A stretch of 63,776 nucleotides of DNA, filler included, from Rhabdomonas costata (GCA_019059605.1; 49 parts of 49 records of this genome joined end to end with filler, not necessarily neighbours in it); one strand, 5' to 3'. Counted from the first letter of the whole stretch, positions 49,329 to 62,947 are shown. Numbers and translations: made by a program. The notes: generated from the letters alone by a model not told the origin.

Positions 49329-52300
49329 CTAAGAGCAGGAGAGATGTCACAGTCAACGCAGCGCCAGCCCACATGGAGAAAGCTCACATGTTTGTCTGAA
49401 CTCAAAAGAAATCCTATTCATATTGACCCCCACGAGTCGTACCCAAAACANNNNNNNNNNNNNNNNNNNNNNNNNNNNNNNNNNNNNNNNNNNNTTAATT
49501 AATTAANNNNNNNNNNNNNNNNNNNNNNNNNNNNNNNNNNNNNNNNNNNNTTGTGTGTGGTATGGAGGTGCTCCTGGAATGATTCATATGGCCTTCTCGG
49601 CCCCTGTTACATTTAATGTTTGTTACACCATTAAATACGCTACCCTGTGTTTTATCGGAGGCTTTAGGCGTTGCAATCGCATCTATTACCCCTGTTGCCC
49701 GCTCAGGCCGAATTTTTGGTATGCAAATGTTACTGAGTGCAATCATTTTTTCGGTGAACCATCCATTCCCCGCTTTTGCGTGGAGCTAATGGCCAACGCA
49801 CGTATTGTTCTTATTTCTCGTCATTTCGCTTTTTATATGTTTTGTGCCTTTTGTGCGCTAGTCAATCCCACTCACACTGCCGCCCAAAAATGGAACCCTG
49901 GTTTCCCTTGCAACAGTGAAAAGTCCCTCCATTTCCAATAAATGAACCCAGATACCAGAGACGCAGCAATGGGAACTTGTGACGCCACCCGGACTCAAGA
50001 GATCCTCGATTGTCTCACCCCAATGTGTACTGTTGTCCCAGCAGGCGATAAACTACCAGAACGGCAGCCAGCCGGCGGTGTTATACAACGAAAAAAGCCT
50101 GGGACCCTCAGTTCCGGCAGGAGTACGAGGCCTTCAAGGCCGCTCGGGGTAACCGCCGGTTCGAGATCTGGTCGGGCTGGTCCAAGGAGGAGCGCCGCTT
50201 GGTCTACCTTGCCAGCGGGCTGCGGTCTCGCCAACTGCAGCTGCTCTGGAAGGGGCAGATCAAGCATGCGACGCGGCGCGCCCGGGAATCGGGACAGTGA
50301 CGAGGAAGATCAAGAAGACCCGTCACTCCCGGAGGCCTCCCCCTGAGCACGGTCAGCAAGGCGGTCAGGCGGGCAGTCGAGAAGAACACGCAGCTGATGC
50401 ACGTGCTGGACAGGACGGAGATATAGTTCTGTGTGGATAACAGCAACCGCTCATGGGGACGACGAGAGCGAGAGCAGCGAGAATGAGATGGAGAAGAGCA
50501 AGCAAATGAGCAGAAACAAGCAGATGTAGTGCGGTGCGGAGGACAGCAACCGCTCAGGGTGACAACGAGAGCGAGAGTAGCGAGAACGAGAGCGATAAGA
50601 TCGAGCAACCCACCAGGGGGTCGCGGGGGACTCCTCCCCTGCGCCGGTCTCCGTCCTCACCAACGAGGACCCAGGCCCAACCCCAAGGCTCGACAAGCCG
50701 GGGAACCACGAGCTTGCCCACCTCGGGCTCAACCGTCACGCCCTCCCCCAAACCNNNNNNNNNNNNNNNNNNNNNNNNNNNNNNNNNNNNNNNNNNNNTT
50801 AATTAATTAANNNNNNNNNNNNNNNNNNNNNNNNNNNNNNNNNNNNNNNNNNNNGGTGGGTGTGTTTGGGGGGGGGTGGTGTAATTCATTGGTTTTGCAT
50901 CGTGTGTCGCCTTTCTTCCTCGTTTGATACAGCGTCGACCACGGGGGAAATCAGGCTTCCTACGTGCTACCTGTTTTGGTTATTTCCAAAGCCAAACTTG
51001 TTCTCAGCAACCTATCGGCATTTACCAGTGTGCGTGGTGAGTAGGTCCAAGTTTCCGGTTCACAAGAAAAAATATCAATATCGACTGGGCGTAAGGTTTA
51101 TGGTTAGCTGGAAGGACCGTAATGGAGCGGAACTGCGGAGTATGGGGTGGACGCACCCTCATGTGCCCATGAAGAGCGTCCATGCCTTGCACCAGATCCT
51201 GGATCTTGCATCGCACTGCCGTGGACCTGGCCTCATATCTCCGAATGAAGGATCCGATGCGATGGGCTAATCCTGTTCCAACAAGAATCTCTATCATTCG
51301 TTTTGGTAACGGGAGCTCACTCCGGAAATCTCTACCACGCCACTGAGATCCCACTCTGTGTAAATCTGCCCATGGCTAGGTCCGGACGCCGCCCAGACCT
51401 GCCCCGCGCTTCGGGAGCGCCTGCTCAGCCCCACCTCAACACTGCGCCGCGCGCTCCGCTCCGCTGCGGCGGCGATGTAATGGGCCCCAGCACCCTTCAC
51501 CCGTCCTTTCCTCTGGTTCTCTCTTTCCCCATTCCTCGCGCCGCAGCGTCACCGTTGTTTCACAAGCGAGCCCCTTATCACATTCATTTCGTTCGACCTG
51601 ATGGAGGCGTCTCTCAGCCGATCTTTTCTGTCTTCCTGTCTGTCCTTCTGGTTCAGCAGCAAAAAAAAAAGGCCGCACCATACGTTCGCCTCCATTCCAG
51701 TGGTCTCTGAGTGGTCTGCTCGCTGGAGGGGAACACTGTACTATGTACTGTGTGTTTGTGTGTCCCACCTTCCCCTTTCCGTTCTGTCAGCAATCCTCAC
51801 TTCTCCTCTTCGTTACGTTTATGCCATCTCCCTCCCTCCCTCTCACTTTTTCAACAGGATTTTCTCTCTCCTGCTTGCCTCTCTCTGTTTCAGGTTGCTG
51901 CAATGAACCGAAGATGGCCCCAATGGTTACAAAGGGCCATCCTCTCCCATTCATCCGCATGCTCCTCTGGCTGGGTCGACTGTTGGAGCGAATCTGTACC
52001 TTTTGACCCCCCCCCCCCTCTCCCCCTTCAACCTTCTTCCCAACTTTNNNNNNNNNNNNNNNNNNNNNNNNNNNNNNNNNNNNNNNNNNNNTTAATTAAT
52101 TAANNNNNNNNNNNNNNNNNNNNNNNNNNNNNNNNNNNNNNNNNNNNGTTTTTGTTTTCTGGAAATGGAGGATGCTGGGTCGCAATGAAAGGACCGGTTC
52201 TGTAGACTTCACTTCGTATTCAGATGGGTCCAAGTTCATCAATATTGAAAAAAGTCTCATTTACTCAGATGATGGCAATCAAGGAGGGGAAACAGACGAC

Positions 52301-52945
52301 CGAAGATGATGGTGTATGTGGTGGGTAATCACAGTTCCTCAATTGTAACATGCAGGTAGTAGGTTAGGTTTCTTGGAGGATTTTGTGCTATGGTGGTGGA
52401 ACGCATTTACATTTGGGTGCCGAAGGGGTGAAGTTTTGCATATGGATGACCGGTATGAGGCTTTTCACATTTATTCAGTGTGTGTGCCTGGTCCAGTTGA
52501 TGGGAACCAAGGGCTTAAAAGTGGAGACAACTGCACTATTGGGGGGGGGTGATAACTGGTTAACATCGTTAAACGTTTCGAGCCTTTGCGGATCAATTTG
52601 GGTGGAGGCCAGTCCGTGAGCGGACGGATGAACCAGAGACGTGCCACGGGGCACGAAGGAGGTTGTGCGAAAAGTTGACTTGGCCATTTTACGGTGTTAA
52701 AGCTTGGCGCCAGCCGATAAACGGAAAGCCTTTCATATCTTGGTGTGAAGGTATTTTCTCAGAACTGGAGGCATCACTAAATGATGTCATTATAAATTTG
52801 GTATGTTGTTCCGGCTTCTAAGTGAAAAACGAACGTCTAGCGGCGTCATCGTTTACCCCCCCTCCTCAATGCAATTATCCCCCCACGTGGACAAAGTGGA
52901 AGGTGGGTCATCGTCTGAGTATGAGGGGGGGGGGCAAAAATAAAC

Positions 52946-53090
52946 CTGGAAGGATGTTCACGAAGGCCACTCCTAGAAGGAACTCCTGCTCCGACAGCCA
53001 GCCCGGATCGACCACGTAAGCATGCATCAAGGGCACCACCACAGGGCCGCTTCCAAAGATAATCGAACCGGCGATGAAGACGTTGGTGAC
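52946..53090 (-). CDS. Chromate ion transporter (CHR family) exon
   Basis: FIAGSIIFGSGPVVVPLMHAYVVDPGWLSEQEFLLGVAFVNILPG between CAG and GT. Confidence 0.9.
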
Positions 53091-54767
53091 CTGCGTCAAC
53101 GGGCGAACGTGAAGGCAGAATATTACATCGGGGGGGGGGGAAACCGCCTTCCCAAACGTCACAGAATTCCGAGGGGACGGCTCTTCACGTTTTGGAGGCA
53201 GAGAAGAATGGAGAAGCGCCATGTGTTGCCAATAATCATTCACAAATTCTTCGAAAGTCAATCATATACAAAAAAATCAACCACTGCAGTGGTTGATTTT
53301 TTTGTATATGATTGACTTTCGAAGAATTTGTGAATGATTATTGGCAACANNNNNNNNNNNNNNNNNNNNNNNNNNNNNNNNNNNNNNNNNNNNTTAATTA
53401 ATTAANNNNNNNNNNNNNNNNNNNNNNNNNNNNNNNNNNNNNNNNNNNNTTTTTTTGGTGAGTCATGATGAACGGTAATGACTCTGTTCTCTTTGCCAGC
53501 GTCTACGGCTGACCTCGAGGCGAAGAAAGTTCAGAGCCGCAGCCGCCGGCGAGACGTGAAGGGAATGCAGGCTGAGTAGGCTCTGCCTTGGAATGAACCC
53601 CGCGTCGAAGAACTGCATGCCAAAGTAGGAAAGTTGGAACAGTGTGCTGGTGCAAGGAGGGCGGGCTGTCTATATGTTGGTGTGCACGCCCACGCTCCCT
53701 GCGACAATGTTCATTAATTACAAGCCGTGGTCTCCTGGGACCTGTTCCTCCTGCGCCCTTGATCCCAGAAGCGTGAGTTGCCCATCCCACCCATCTGATA
53801 AGTAAATTTCAGTTTGAAGGCGTTGCCAAGTGGGCGCGAGTTTTGCATTTTGGCCCTCTCACCTGCCTTGGGGCACATGAAACGCAAAGTGGGGTGGGGT
53901 GGACTCTGCAAGCTTCCCAGTTAAACAGTGCATAATCAGTGCAGGCCCTATATGTGGTTCTGTTTCAGGTTTTTGTGCTATTGGATCATATCGCTGGAAG
54001 CCCCCGCAGAATTCCTGAGGCGAGTTGCGCAGCGCGTCGGCCGGATCCGGTGTCACATCCACCGCCTTTCAAGGAATATCGCCCGGCGGCGAGAAAAGCC
54101 CAAAGCCCGCCACAGCAACGCACGGGGAGAACAAGCACAGAAGCCGGAAAGACGAAGCCCGGAAAAACAGGAAAAACAGGCACGCCAGGAGGGTGCAACA
54201 GCCTTTACAATGGGGGGAGCCCGCCCGAAAACAATGCGCAAGGATGCGCCCCTACCCCCTTAACCACACACGCACGCACACGACCACCAACCAAACCCCA
54301 AACCAAACCAAAACGCGCAACAATATGAAGAAGAAAACGGCAACATTTGAAGTTCTCCTTGTGCGTCTGTGCGCCCCCCGAAACTCGCTCTGTGCAACGC
54401 GCCGCTTCCCACACCTCTTGTTCCCATCGCTTCGTCATCCTATCCTCTTTGTTCTGCCGCATCTTGAATCCACCTTCCCTCGCTGCGCTCTTTTTTTACT
54501 TTCCGCTTTGTATCGTCTCCCCTTGACACCCTACCGCCGCTTGATTGGATTGATCTAATCTTTTATATAATTTCATGGTTTCTGAAAGTTCAGGCTTGGG
54601 CGGCCACCCTTTCAAGAAACCATGAAATTATATAAAAGATTAGATCAATCCAANNNNNNNNNNNNNNNNNNNNNNNNNNNNNNNNNNNNNNNNNNNNTTA
54701 ATTAATTAANNNNNNNNNNNNNNNNNNNNNNNNNNNNNNNNNNNNNNNNNNNNTGTGGGTTTTGCAG

Positions 54768-55414
54768 ACTCTTACGAAAAACCAACCAAGAGCGGCACCA
54801 CCACGGCGACCCGAACCCCGACCGGAACAACCACGTCCACGTCCACGGCCACAGGTGCAATGGCTGTGAGGAGGGCACTACTCATTCTCGTCTCTCGTCT
54901 CTCTTCTCATTGCACACTATTATTCTGGAAAGTGCTCCAGCGACCGATCGCCACAGAAATGATTTTCCGGCGGCCGGGGCAGGGCGAGGAGAGCCTGCTC
55001 CAAGGCGAACCGCTGTCGTGACGCAAGGCTGGCTCTTGAAAGCAATCTGGGTTGGCGTACCTCTGCCAGTGCTACTCTGTACCGTCTCGTTTGCTTACCT
55101 TCTTCACTGTTCTATTTCAAGATCAACCAGCGGGGTGTGTTTCACCATCCTCTGTTTTGCCCTTCCTCCTTGTGAATGGCTTCGTGTATCCTCGCTTGCT
55201 TGCGCTGTCGCTCACTTCTCGACTGCAAGCATCGCCGTTCTGCAGGGTGCGTATGACTTTTCCAGCTGAGTCATGCATAATACATCTCTCTCTTTCCCCT
55301 CACGCCGTCTTGTAGGCACGAGCAGGAGCGTGACAAGTACGCCAACCCTAACTCCAACTTCGACTTCACCCCACACTCCTACCGGAACGACTACCCTCAC
55401 CTCTACCCCAACAG
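54768..55414 (+). CDS. Thr-rich mucin-like stalk, phase-1 exons 54768-54854 and 55316-55414
   Basis: TATRTPTGTTTSTSTAT and TSPHTPTGTTTLTSTPT; both exons end ACAG|GTG and are multiples of 3 (87 and 99 nt). Confidence 0.8.
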
Positions 55415-56059
55415 GTGATGGCGTGGGCAACTCACAGCCCCAGCGGCGTAGACCTTTTTCTTCAGAGTAAGGCTTCAGTTCACTTTTAGTTACTTCCCTT
55501 TCCCGACAGTCACCCTTTCTCGGGGGTGCCCCGTGGGTAAGCGGTGTGCCCTGACCGCAGTCGGGATAAGATGGCTATAGGGAGCTAGTCGTGGCTCATG
55601 GCCCGCCACCCTCAGGCCACAGCATCAACAGCAGCAGAGTTGTGACAGTGGTTTCTTGGTCAGCTGGGGAACCAGCCAGGCGCCTTTAGTTGTTGATTTT
55701 CTTCCTGTGCAACCTCAGAATTGGTGAGGAGGAGGCACAACCCTAGCACCATAAACAAGTATCTCCAACGTTTCCGAAAGGCTTGACTCTGCCTTCTACA
55801 ATTACATTAGCTAAGAACTGGCCCGTGGGTTTTGTGAGGGCATTTTGTATTTGCTGGCATCAATCCAAGCCCATCCTTTTGGGGACCCCGCACGTATCAA
55901 ACTTTTACCGCCCTTCCTGTCCATTCCCATTCAATTCGTCCTTTCCTTTGCTTTTCCNNNNNNNNNNNNNNNNNNNNNNNNNNNNNNNNNNNNNNNNNNN
56001 NTTAATTAATTAANNNNNNNNNNNNNNNNNNNNNNNNNNNNNNNNNNNNNNNNNNNNTT

Positions 56060-57260
56060 GTGGTGGGCCCTTTACTGGAGCAGCTCCGAAAGAAAGGCCC
56101 TCCACCCGTTCCTGTGCGCTTGGAGGGTGAAGAAGAAGAAGAAATGCATCAGAACGAGATTCATGGAAAGACTGAGGAGGAAGATGGCCTCCAGGAAGGT
56201 ATGGAGACTGCCCCCGAGCAATTGCCAGCATGGGATGCCCCGGCTTACTTTCAGGAATGGGCCCCAAGCATGCTGACCGAAGAGGCCGCCTTGGACCCTG
56301 AGGCTTACAGCGCTTGGTTCACACGGTACGCGACATGGTGGCAATTCTACTGTGTGAAGGTGGCGCAGCATCAGGCCCGGATGGAGAACCGTGCCAAGGC
56401 TCGTCAGAAGAAACGGGGACGTCGCGCGCGTCCCTGCACCGAAGAGGAGTATTCTTGGGAGGATGATGCGTGGGGATTTAAGTTTTATGGGCTGGACCCG
56501 GTGAAGCCCTCTGCCGACCAGGTGATGGCCGAGGCGGACGAGGAAGTCCCACTTCCAGAGGCCCTGAGCTCTTTTAAAGATTATGGCACTGACTCTCTCG
56601 CTTTATTGGGCCAAGACTACACCCCCGAAGTCATGGCTGCGGCTGCCAAGGGGCCAGGAAAGAGCCGCAAAAAGCGCCGAAAGAACCAAGGAAAGGGCCA
56701 AGAGGCAAGCCAAGCGAAACCTTCCATCATTGTTCCTGCTGAGTTGGTCCCCGAGTCTGAGGCAGCAGCGGAGGTGCCCAGCGAGGAGGACCTGCTGCAG
56801 TTTCTGACCGAAGCTTTTCCCGAAGTCGATCTTGCTGAGGGAACATCTGCTTCTGAAGGGGCACATGAGCACAAACCCAACTCACAGCTACCGGAGAAAC
56901 CTGCAGGCACTTCAGAGCCCAGCACAGCGTTGGCTTCCCCACAGATACAGTCGCTCCTGAACTCTTTGGGTCGAATTAAGGGACTGCAAGGAGGAGCTCA
57001 GTCAGGATTATCTCCCTCTTCGTCCTCGGCCGTGTCGCACTTTCTTCTGACTCGGCTATCCCTGCAAAGGGAGAATTCTAAGGCTGTGGAGCTGCGGCAG
57101 ATGCAGGATATGAAAAGGAAGCAGCAGCAGCACGACCCCCTGTTTGCCGGACTGTGGAGTCCCGACATGGAGCGAGGGTGGCGAGAGCCGTGGGAGTCGA
57201 CGTGGGAGACACACTGGGCTCGAGCCCAGTGTGTCTCCCACGTCGACTCCCACCCACCAC
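56060..57260 (+). CDS. Long open exon of an unknown, largely disordered protein
   Basis: About 400 codons without a stop; acidic tracts, basic NLS-like runs (RQKKRGRR, KSRKKRRK) and a Trp/Tyr-rich helix. Confidence 0.8.
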
Positions 57261-57473
57261 NNNNNNNNNNNNNNNNNNNNNNNNNNNNNNNNNNNNNNNN
57301 NNNNTTAATTAATTAANNNNNNNNNNNNNNNNNNNNNNNNNNNNNNNNNNNNNNNNNNNNGTGGTGGGTGTGTTTGGGGTTTGTGTGTGTGTGTGTGCAA
57401 ATTGCGTGTTCAGTGTTGAGGTGGTTGTGCTTTGTCTTTGCAAAAAGGCACTCTTGCTAAAGTGTGTGCATGC

Positions 57474-57749
57474 CTTGGCCATATCTCTCCACCGCATCTG
57501 CTGCCGCGCCAGCCAGGACCCGAACTCCTTGTCGCGGAAAAACTCTCGGCCGAGCTCCGCCGACGAGGAGGGCGTGCCGAAGTGAGTCCGCGTGAAGGCC
57601 TCGGAGACCATCGGGGGGGCCACCGCGGCCACCGGGGGGCAAACTGGGGCCGGAGGAGGCATCACAGAGACAGAGGCAGGGGCCTTGGCCACCGCACAAG
57701 CACTGGCTGTTGGAACACCAATGTCCTCCAGATCCCGGGGTCCTGTTTT
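57474..57749 (-). CDS. POLE1: Probable DNA polymerase epsilon catalytic subunit, linker exon
   Basis: DLEDIG...EFGSWLARQQMRWRDMAK resembles the POLE linker D.ED.G...WL..xK.xW; TTTTCAG acceptor; 276 nt. Confidence 0.65.
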
Positions 57750-60173
57750 CTGAAAATAAAAAGGAGGGGAGGGGGGGAAGGGAAAGAAACATGGAAGATA
57801 AAAAAATTGCAGTGTCTGAGTCCATGTGAACCGAGGAACCCTAAAGGAAAATCTTCTGTATTCAAATCCACTTGGACGGGCGCCCAAGAAGCCCAGTAAA
57901 AGCAACGCAAACAAAAACGTCTGCTGGAAACTTTAAATAAGTGGTTGGTTGTTCGGCGGTTCATCGAACACCACCTGGGGCACTTTGACTTCGTACCTTG
58001 CGTGAGTTGTTGTGTGTAAAAAGAATTTGGACAGAAGCGGCTCTAGAAAAATCACAGTTGCTGCTTGTGGTGGAAACGAGGAACGGTTAGAACGGGGAAC
58101 TCAGTCTTACAGCAAGGCACAAGGTCGCAGTAAGGCAATGCAAAAGTGCAAAAGAATTCCACGAGGAAGTGAGATTGAGCTAGAAATGATCTCCGAGCCA
58201 AATTTGACCCCACGTTCAAGCAGAACGTGACGCTGGTTGGGGCTCGGAAAAAAGAAAGGGTGAGGGAAACCTCGCCCCAACCCTGATATTCCCATCAAGT
58301 GACTTATATATCTGCAAGCCAAACAGCCCCGTCCAAGTCACCCTACCAAAGAACTCACTCATTTTCTCATTCCGTACCAATCAGAAACCCCTTTACCTGT
58401 CAAAACAACAAAAACAAGGCATCCACATGAGTGATATACACAGACCCCACACGTCGCGAGAAATTAGGGTGGTTCGGAAAAACCACCACAGATTACAAAT
58501 TACCTACGAGGTTTCCGGAAGCATAGCAGTAAACCCAAAGTGCGACTTTTGGGAAACCCCAACCNNNNNNNNNNNNNNNNNNNNNNNNNNNNNNNNNNNN
58601 NNNNNNNNTTAATTAATTAANNNNNNNNNNNNNNNNNNNNNNNNNNNNNNNNNNNNNNNNNNNNCTGCATCTCTGTGCGCAGGAAGAGGGACAGAAGAAG
58701 AGAAAAATACACCGTAATGGCTTCCCCGATGCGCCGACCCTGTCTGTTTTCTGCTCACTTGTTCTGTCGAGGGGAGGGCACCAACACCACTTTTTGTGGG
58801 ATATTTTGCATCATCCGTAGGAGGTGGAGTTTTCACAACATAAGATCCCCTTGTTTCTTTTTCTTTTCGCGCCTTGCAGCCCTCACGTTGCACATGCTGA
58901 CCTGCGTACGAAAAGAGTAAAACGCCTTCCTCGAAAAGGCCCGTGGTGAGAGGGGTTATTCGAAACGGCGGCGTGAAAAACGGCTCCTAAAAAACAGCTA
59001 CTCTTCCCCAAGACAGGCTGCGAACCACGAAAAGTGGCTTTGGTGTGCTTCACTCTGCTACGTGTCCGAAATTCTATAAAACACCCTTCAGCTCCATTTT
59101 AAGTGCAAAACGGGCACAGCCCGATGTTTCCGGGTGGAGACGGTGAGGTATTTCCATGGGGTGCTGGAATGGTTGGGGTTACTGTTTTCCTTGGAGAGCC
59201 GTGCACGTGGGGCTTCCTGGGATCACAAAGAAAAGGCATCCCCATATCACTGGCCCTCCGGCTGCTTTCTACAGCGCACGGGGAAGCAAATGCGATGGAA
59301 GGGCGGGAAGGAGGAGCCCCCCGAGCGGGAGGGGGGCGGGAGGTTTGCCTGCCGGCGAGTAGCTCCTCTTCTCCTTCGTCGCGGAGGTGGGCTTGGGCCA
59401 CTGCAGAGGGGGCCAGGGCCACCAGGGGCTGCGGCCCCCTTGTGATCGGTTGCGCGGAGGAGACGAAGCGGTGACGGGCCACCTGTTGAAGTTCGCGGGA
59501 GCACAGCTGATAGCGTGCGTATGGGTGTGCCCCTGAGGCAGCGGTACGTGCTTTGTTAGGCTCGCTCGGAAACAACGCACCGCTACTTTTCTTCTTTTCC
59601 TCAACCGCTCTGAAACGCCACCACCTCCGCCGGCGAGAAATCTGATCGCAGCCCAACCCCCCCCGCGCGTTACTCGGGTAATTCAGGTCACACCGGCTAA
59701 TACACGAACCAACGAGCGAACGGACACAATCGATCCGCAAAGTCCCAACACGTTTAACACCTCCCGCGCGCGCGCACACACACACACACTCACGAAAACA
59801 AAAAAGTTTTACCACTCCCGCGCCCTCTGCGCTCAACTAAGAAATACTACCATTTCACCAAAACCCCNNNNNNNNNNNNNNNNNNNNNNNNNNNNNNNNN
59901 NNNNNNNNNNNTTAATTAATTAANNNNNNNNNNNNNNNNNNNNNNNNNNNNNNNNNNNNNNNNNNNNGGTTTGGTTTTGCTCCCGTTCTCAATGTCGCTG
60001 CGTCCGGTGGTACGCCATACTACACCTTCTGTTGCTGCACAAGTGTTCTGGCACAATTACCGATACCCTCTCTCTGCCATTCTGCACCCGTCAGGATATG
60101 AGTGTGTGGCGGCAACCCACTCGACGCTGCGATGGGTGACGTAGTGCAGCCCCGCGACGTAGTGGTACCTCAC

Positions 60174-60615
60174 CAGGGTGCGCGACGAGACCTCTAGGGA
60201 GTTCAGCAGGGAGAGGTACCTCTCCGGGGTCCCAGGCCTGTGCGAAAGTCATTTCGCAAGTGCTCCTTCCATCGTCCGAAGAAAAAATGAAGGGGCACGT
60301 TCGAACGAAGGGTAGATTTTGTGTTTCCTTTTCAGCGGTTGCGCAGTCTTTCCCCAAGGATTTGAGCTTCGAGCACACGGCTGACATTATTCCTTGAACG
60401 GGAAGGCGAAGCCCTCAAGCCACTGGATGGGAATAGAGAGAAATGGTGGCAAAGAAGTTGCTCTACCCTGAGGCGATGCCACTGGCCACGGCCATCCACG
60501 CGTAGCACTGCAGCCGAGCCACAGCGACGGCGTCCATGCGGTCCATATGGGGGGAGTCCAGGGCATCCGCCGCGTTGGCGGCGACCAGCGCTGACAGCAG
60601 GAACATCGTGGAGTC
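60174..60615 (-). CDS. Unknown protein, exons 60615-60467 and 60237-60174
   Basis: A phase-2 GT-AG intron joins DSTMFLLSALVAANAADAL...GIASG to PGTPERYLSLLNSLEV. Confidence 0.6.
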
Positions 60616-62947
60616 CTGTGCCACGCACAACCATCAAACAGCAACACTCTGTTTTTTCCCACTCGCTTCGCGAAAAAATGCACGAATGAAGGACGGAGAC
60701 AAAAGAAAAAACCCATAGGCCATAACGAACATGAAACAATTATGGGAAAGAAAAAGTGAGTCATCCCATTGAGATGAAATTATTTTGAATAAAAAGGCCG
60801 AAGCGAGCCTGGCGTCTTGCTGTGGGTTTTTCATTCTCAGCTGGCAAGTATCCCAAACGGCTGCTTATAGCTCTAAACCTGAGCCCGCTTTCTTTTGCAT
60901 TATTGACATTCAATACACAAATTGTGCACCTGGCCACACACACAACCGTTTCACATCCAGAGGACTAACACATCCTTGTTTTCAGCACACAAAACGAAAA
61001 CACGGTTGAGCAGAACACACCTCGGAAAAGAGTAAAAGTGACGATCACCCAATCCAACCAAAGATCCAGTTATTCTCATGGGTTCCCCAAGTAACACAAA
61101 GCTGACACAAATTGCACTGGGAGGAAGTCCTGTGGGGGAGGGGGGCTGCCTTGGCGTAATACCCAACCACNNNNNNNNNNNNNNNNNNNNNNNNNNNNNN
61201 NNNNNNNNNNNNNNTTAATTAATTAANNNNNNNNNNNNNNNNNNNNNNNNNNNNNNNNNNNNNNNNNNNNTGTTGTGTGTGGACAAAAAATGTCTTCTTC
61301 CTGTCTTCTGACGGGAGCAGGTTTGCTGGTCACGCTGCTGCTGCTGCCATCGTGCCTCTGCAGCATTACTCCGCATTTCCGAGGTCGGCCCCCATTTTCT
61401 GCTCTGTGTTTGAAGGAAAGCCGCTGTGTTGTTGCATGTACTAGTTTAGAGCGTTGATCGGCACGTTAGATAAGGGTCAGGTCCCGAAACGAATCGAATT
61501 GGTTTAGCTTTGCGTCAACGCCATCCTTCGGATGCTGTTGTCAGGCCAGAGCAACCTTCCAAGGTCCAGGTCGTAGTGTTGGACTCGGACTTGAGTCAAA
61601 AGGGCTCGTGGTATTTATGGAGGGTTTCTAGAAGGATAGCTAGTTTTTTATGACCACAAATTACGTACAAGAACGTAAAAGAAACGCAAAAATGTAGAGC
61701 TCCCGAAATTCGGAGGGGGGGATCGTTAGAAATAGAGCGAAAACTTGCTGGTTGGAGTTCTTGAGCTGGACCTCGTCGAATCAGCGTTCGTATGAAATGT
61801 GAAAATGGAATACGTGAAAGTTGACCATGGGAAGAAACCAGGTAGAAAAAAGGGCTCAACAACTTCGCAGGAAAAATGGTCCGCTGCAACTTGGCCGCAC
61901 TTACACACACTCGCGAACAGGCGTTGTCCTGTTTTGTTAAAACCCTGAATTTACTGCGTTCATACCTCACTTTGTTTTGTTTTGTTTTGTGAAAACACCT
62001 AACTTTAATAATGTTTTAATTCCAAGTACAACGCTGCAAGCAAGTGTTTAGCGTTTTCACCTTTTTAAGACTAGGACGTTTGGGCATTTTTTTGTTTTTG
62101 TGGTTTTGCACCCATAAAAAGGTGAATTTTGTGTGTCGGGAGGGAAGGGATTTCAGGGGAGAAATTGCCACGTCGACGGAAGTCGCCTGCTGGACAAAAA
62201 ATGTTTTCGTCAATGCTGCCACATAGCCTTCGATTCATGGGTCTGGACTCCTCCATTGGCACGCATGAATACACACACACACGCATTTTCGCTGGTTTTC
62301 CTCATTTCGTCTCGGGAATAAACGTGCGGCCCTGCTTGCCACAGTTCAGGGAAGTAGCGGCAGCGTTACCTCTGGCATGATATTCGAAGCTGGGTCTTTT
62401 GTGTGCCACTACATACAGTGCCCCAAGGCAACCGGAAGCCAGGGCACCGCCTTGGCGTACTTCCCAACCCCCANNNNNNNNNNNNNNNNNNNNNNNNNNN
62501 NNNNNNNNNNNNNNNNNTTAATTAATTAANNNNNNNNNNNNNNNNNNNNNNNNNNNNNNNNNNNNNNNNNNNNAAGTAACCCAACCGACAGAGGCCAGAA
62601 GGAAAGAGCTTGGGGAAGGGGGGTGCGAGGACCAGCGTGCAGCCGTTTTCCCCGCGCACAACAATCAGTGCAGTGGCTCTGCGCGACATCGAGGAAGGGT
62701 AAAGTGTCTTTGCACCGCACGTGATACGTGATCAGTGAAGTGCCGTGTTGTTGCTGTCACCATCTTTCCTCCTCTTCTCTTTTCCTACTTTCCGTACCGT
62801 ACATTGTTAACATTGTAGTCGCAACTGAACTCATCTGTCCCCGTGCAGGTTATGGCGACCTGTTTTGCTGTTTTCTCCCTACTTATGTGAGACTGACAGA
62901 GCTGAATAGGGCGTGCCGATTGTGGGTTTTGCGTGGTCTTTGGGCAG

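Noticed and set aside
5468..52934. Frequent G/C homopolymers of 10 nt or more, often next to A/T runs
   Set aside because: Scattered non-coding low complexity; lengths are unreliable after amplification and no common flanks are seen
53224..53349. Perfect 126-bp palindrome centred on CTGCAG
   Set aside because: Runs exactly to the contig end with no loop or divergence; a fold-back amplification artefact
54545..54653. ~44-bp inverted repeat resembling a pre-miRNA or MITE
   Set aside because: Terminal position and near identity match the other fold-back chimeras
1250..62529. TTAATTAATTAA recurring at a regular ~1.3-kb period, superficially array-like
   Set aside because: Embedded in N-runs; it is a synthetic six-frame-stop linker, not a CRISPR array or repeat
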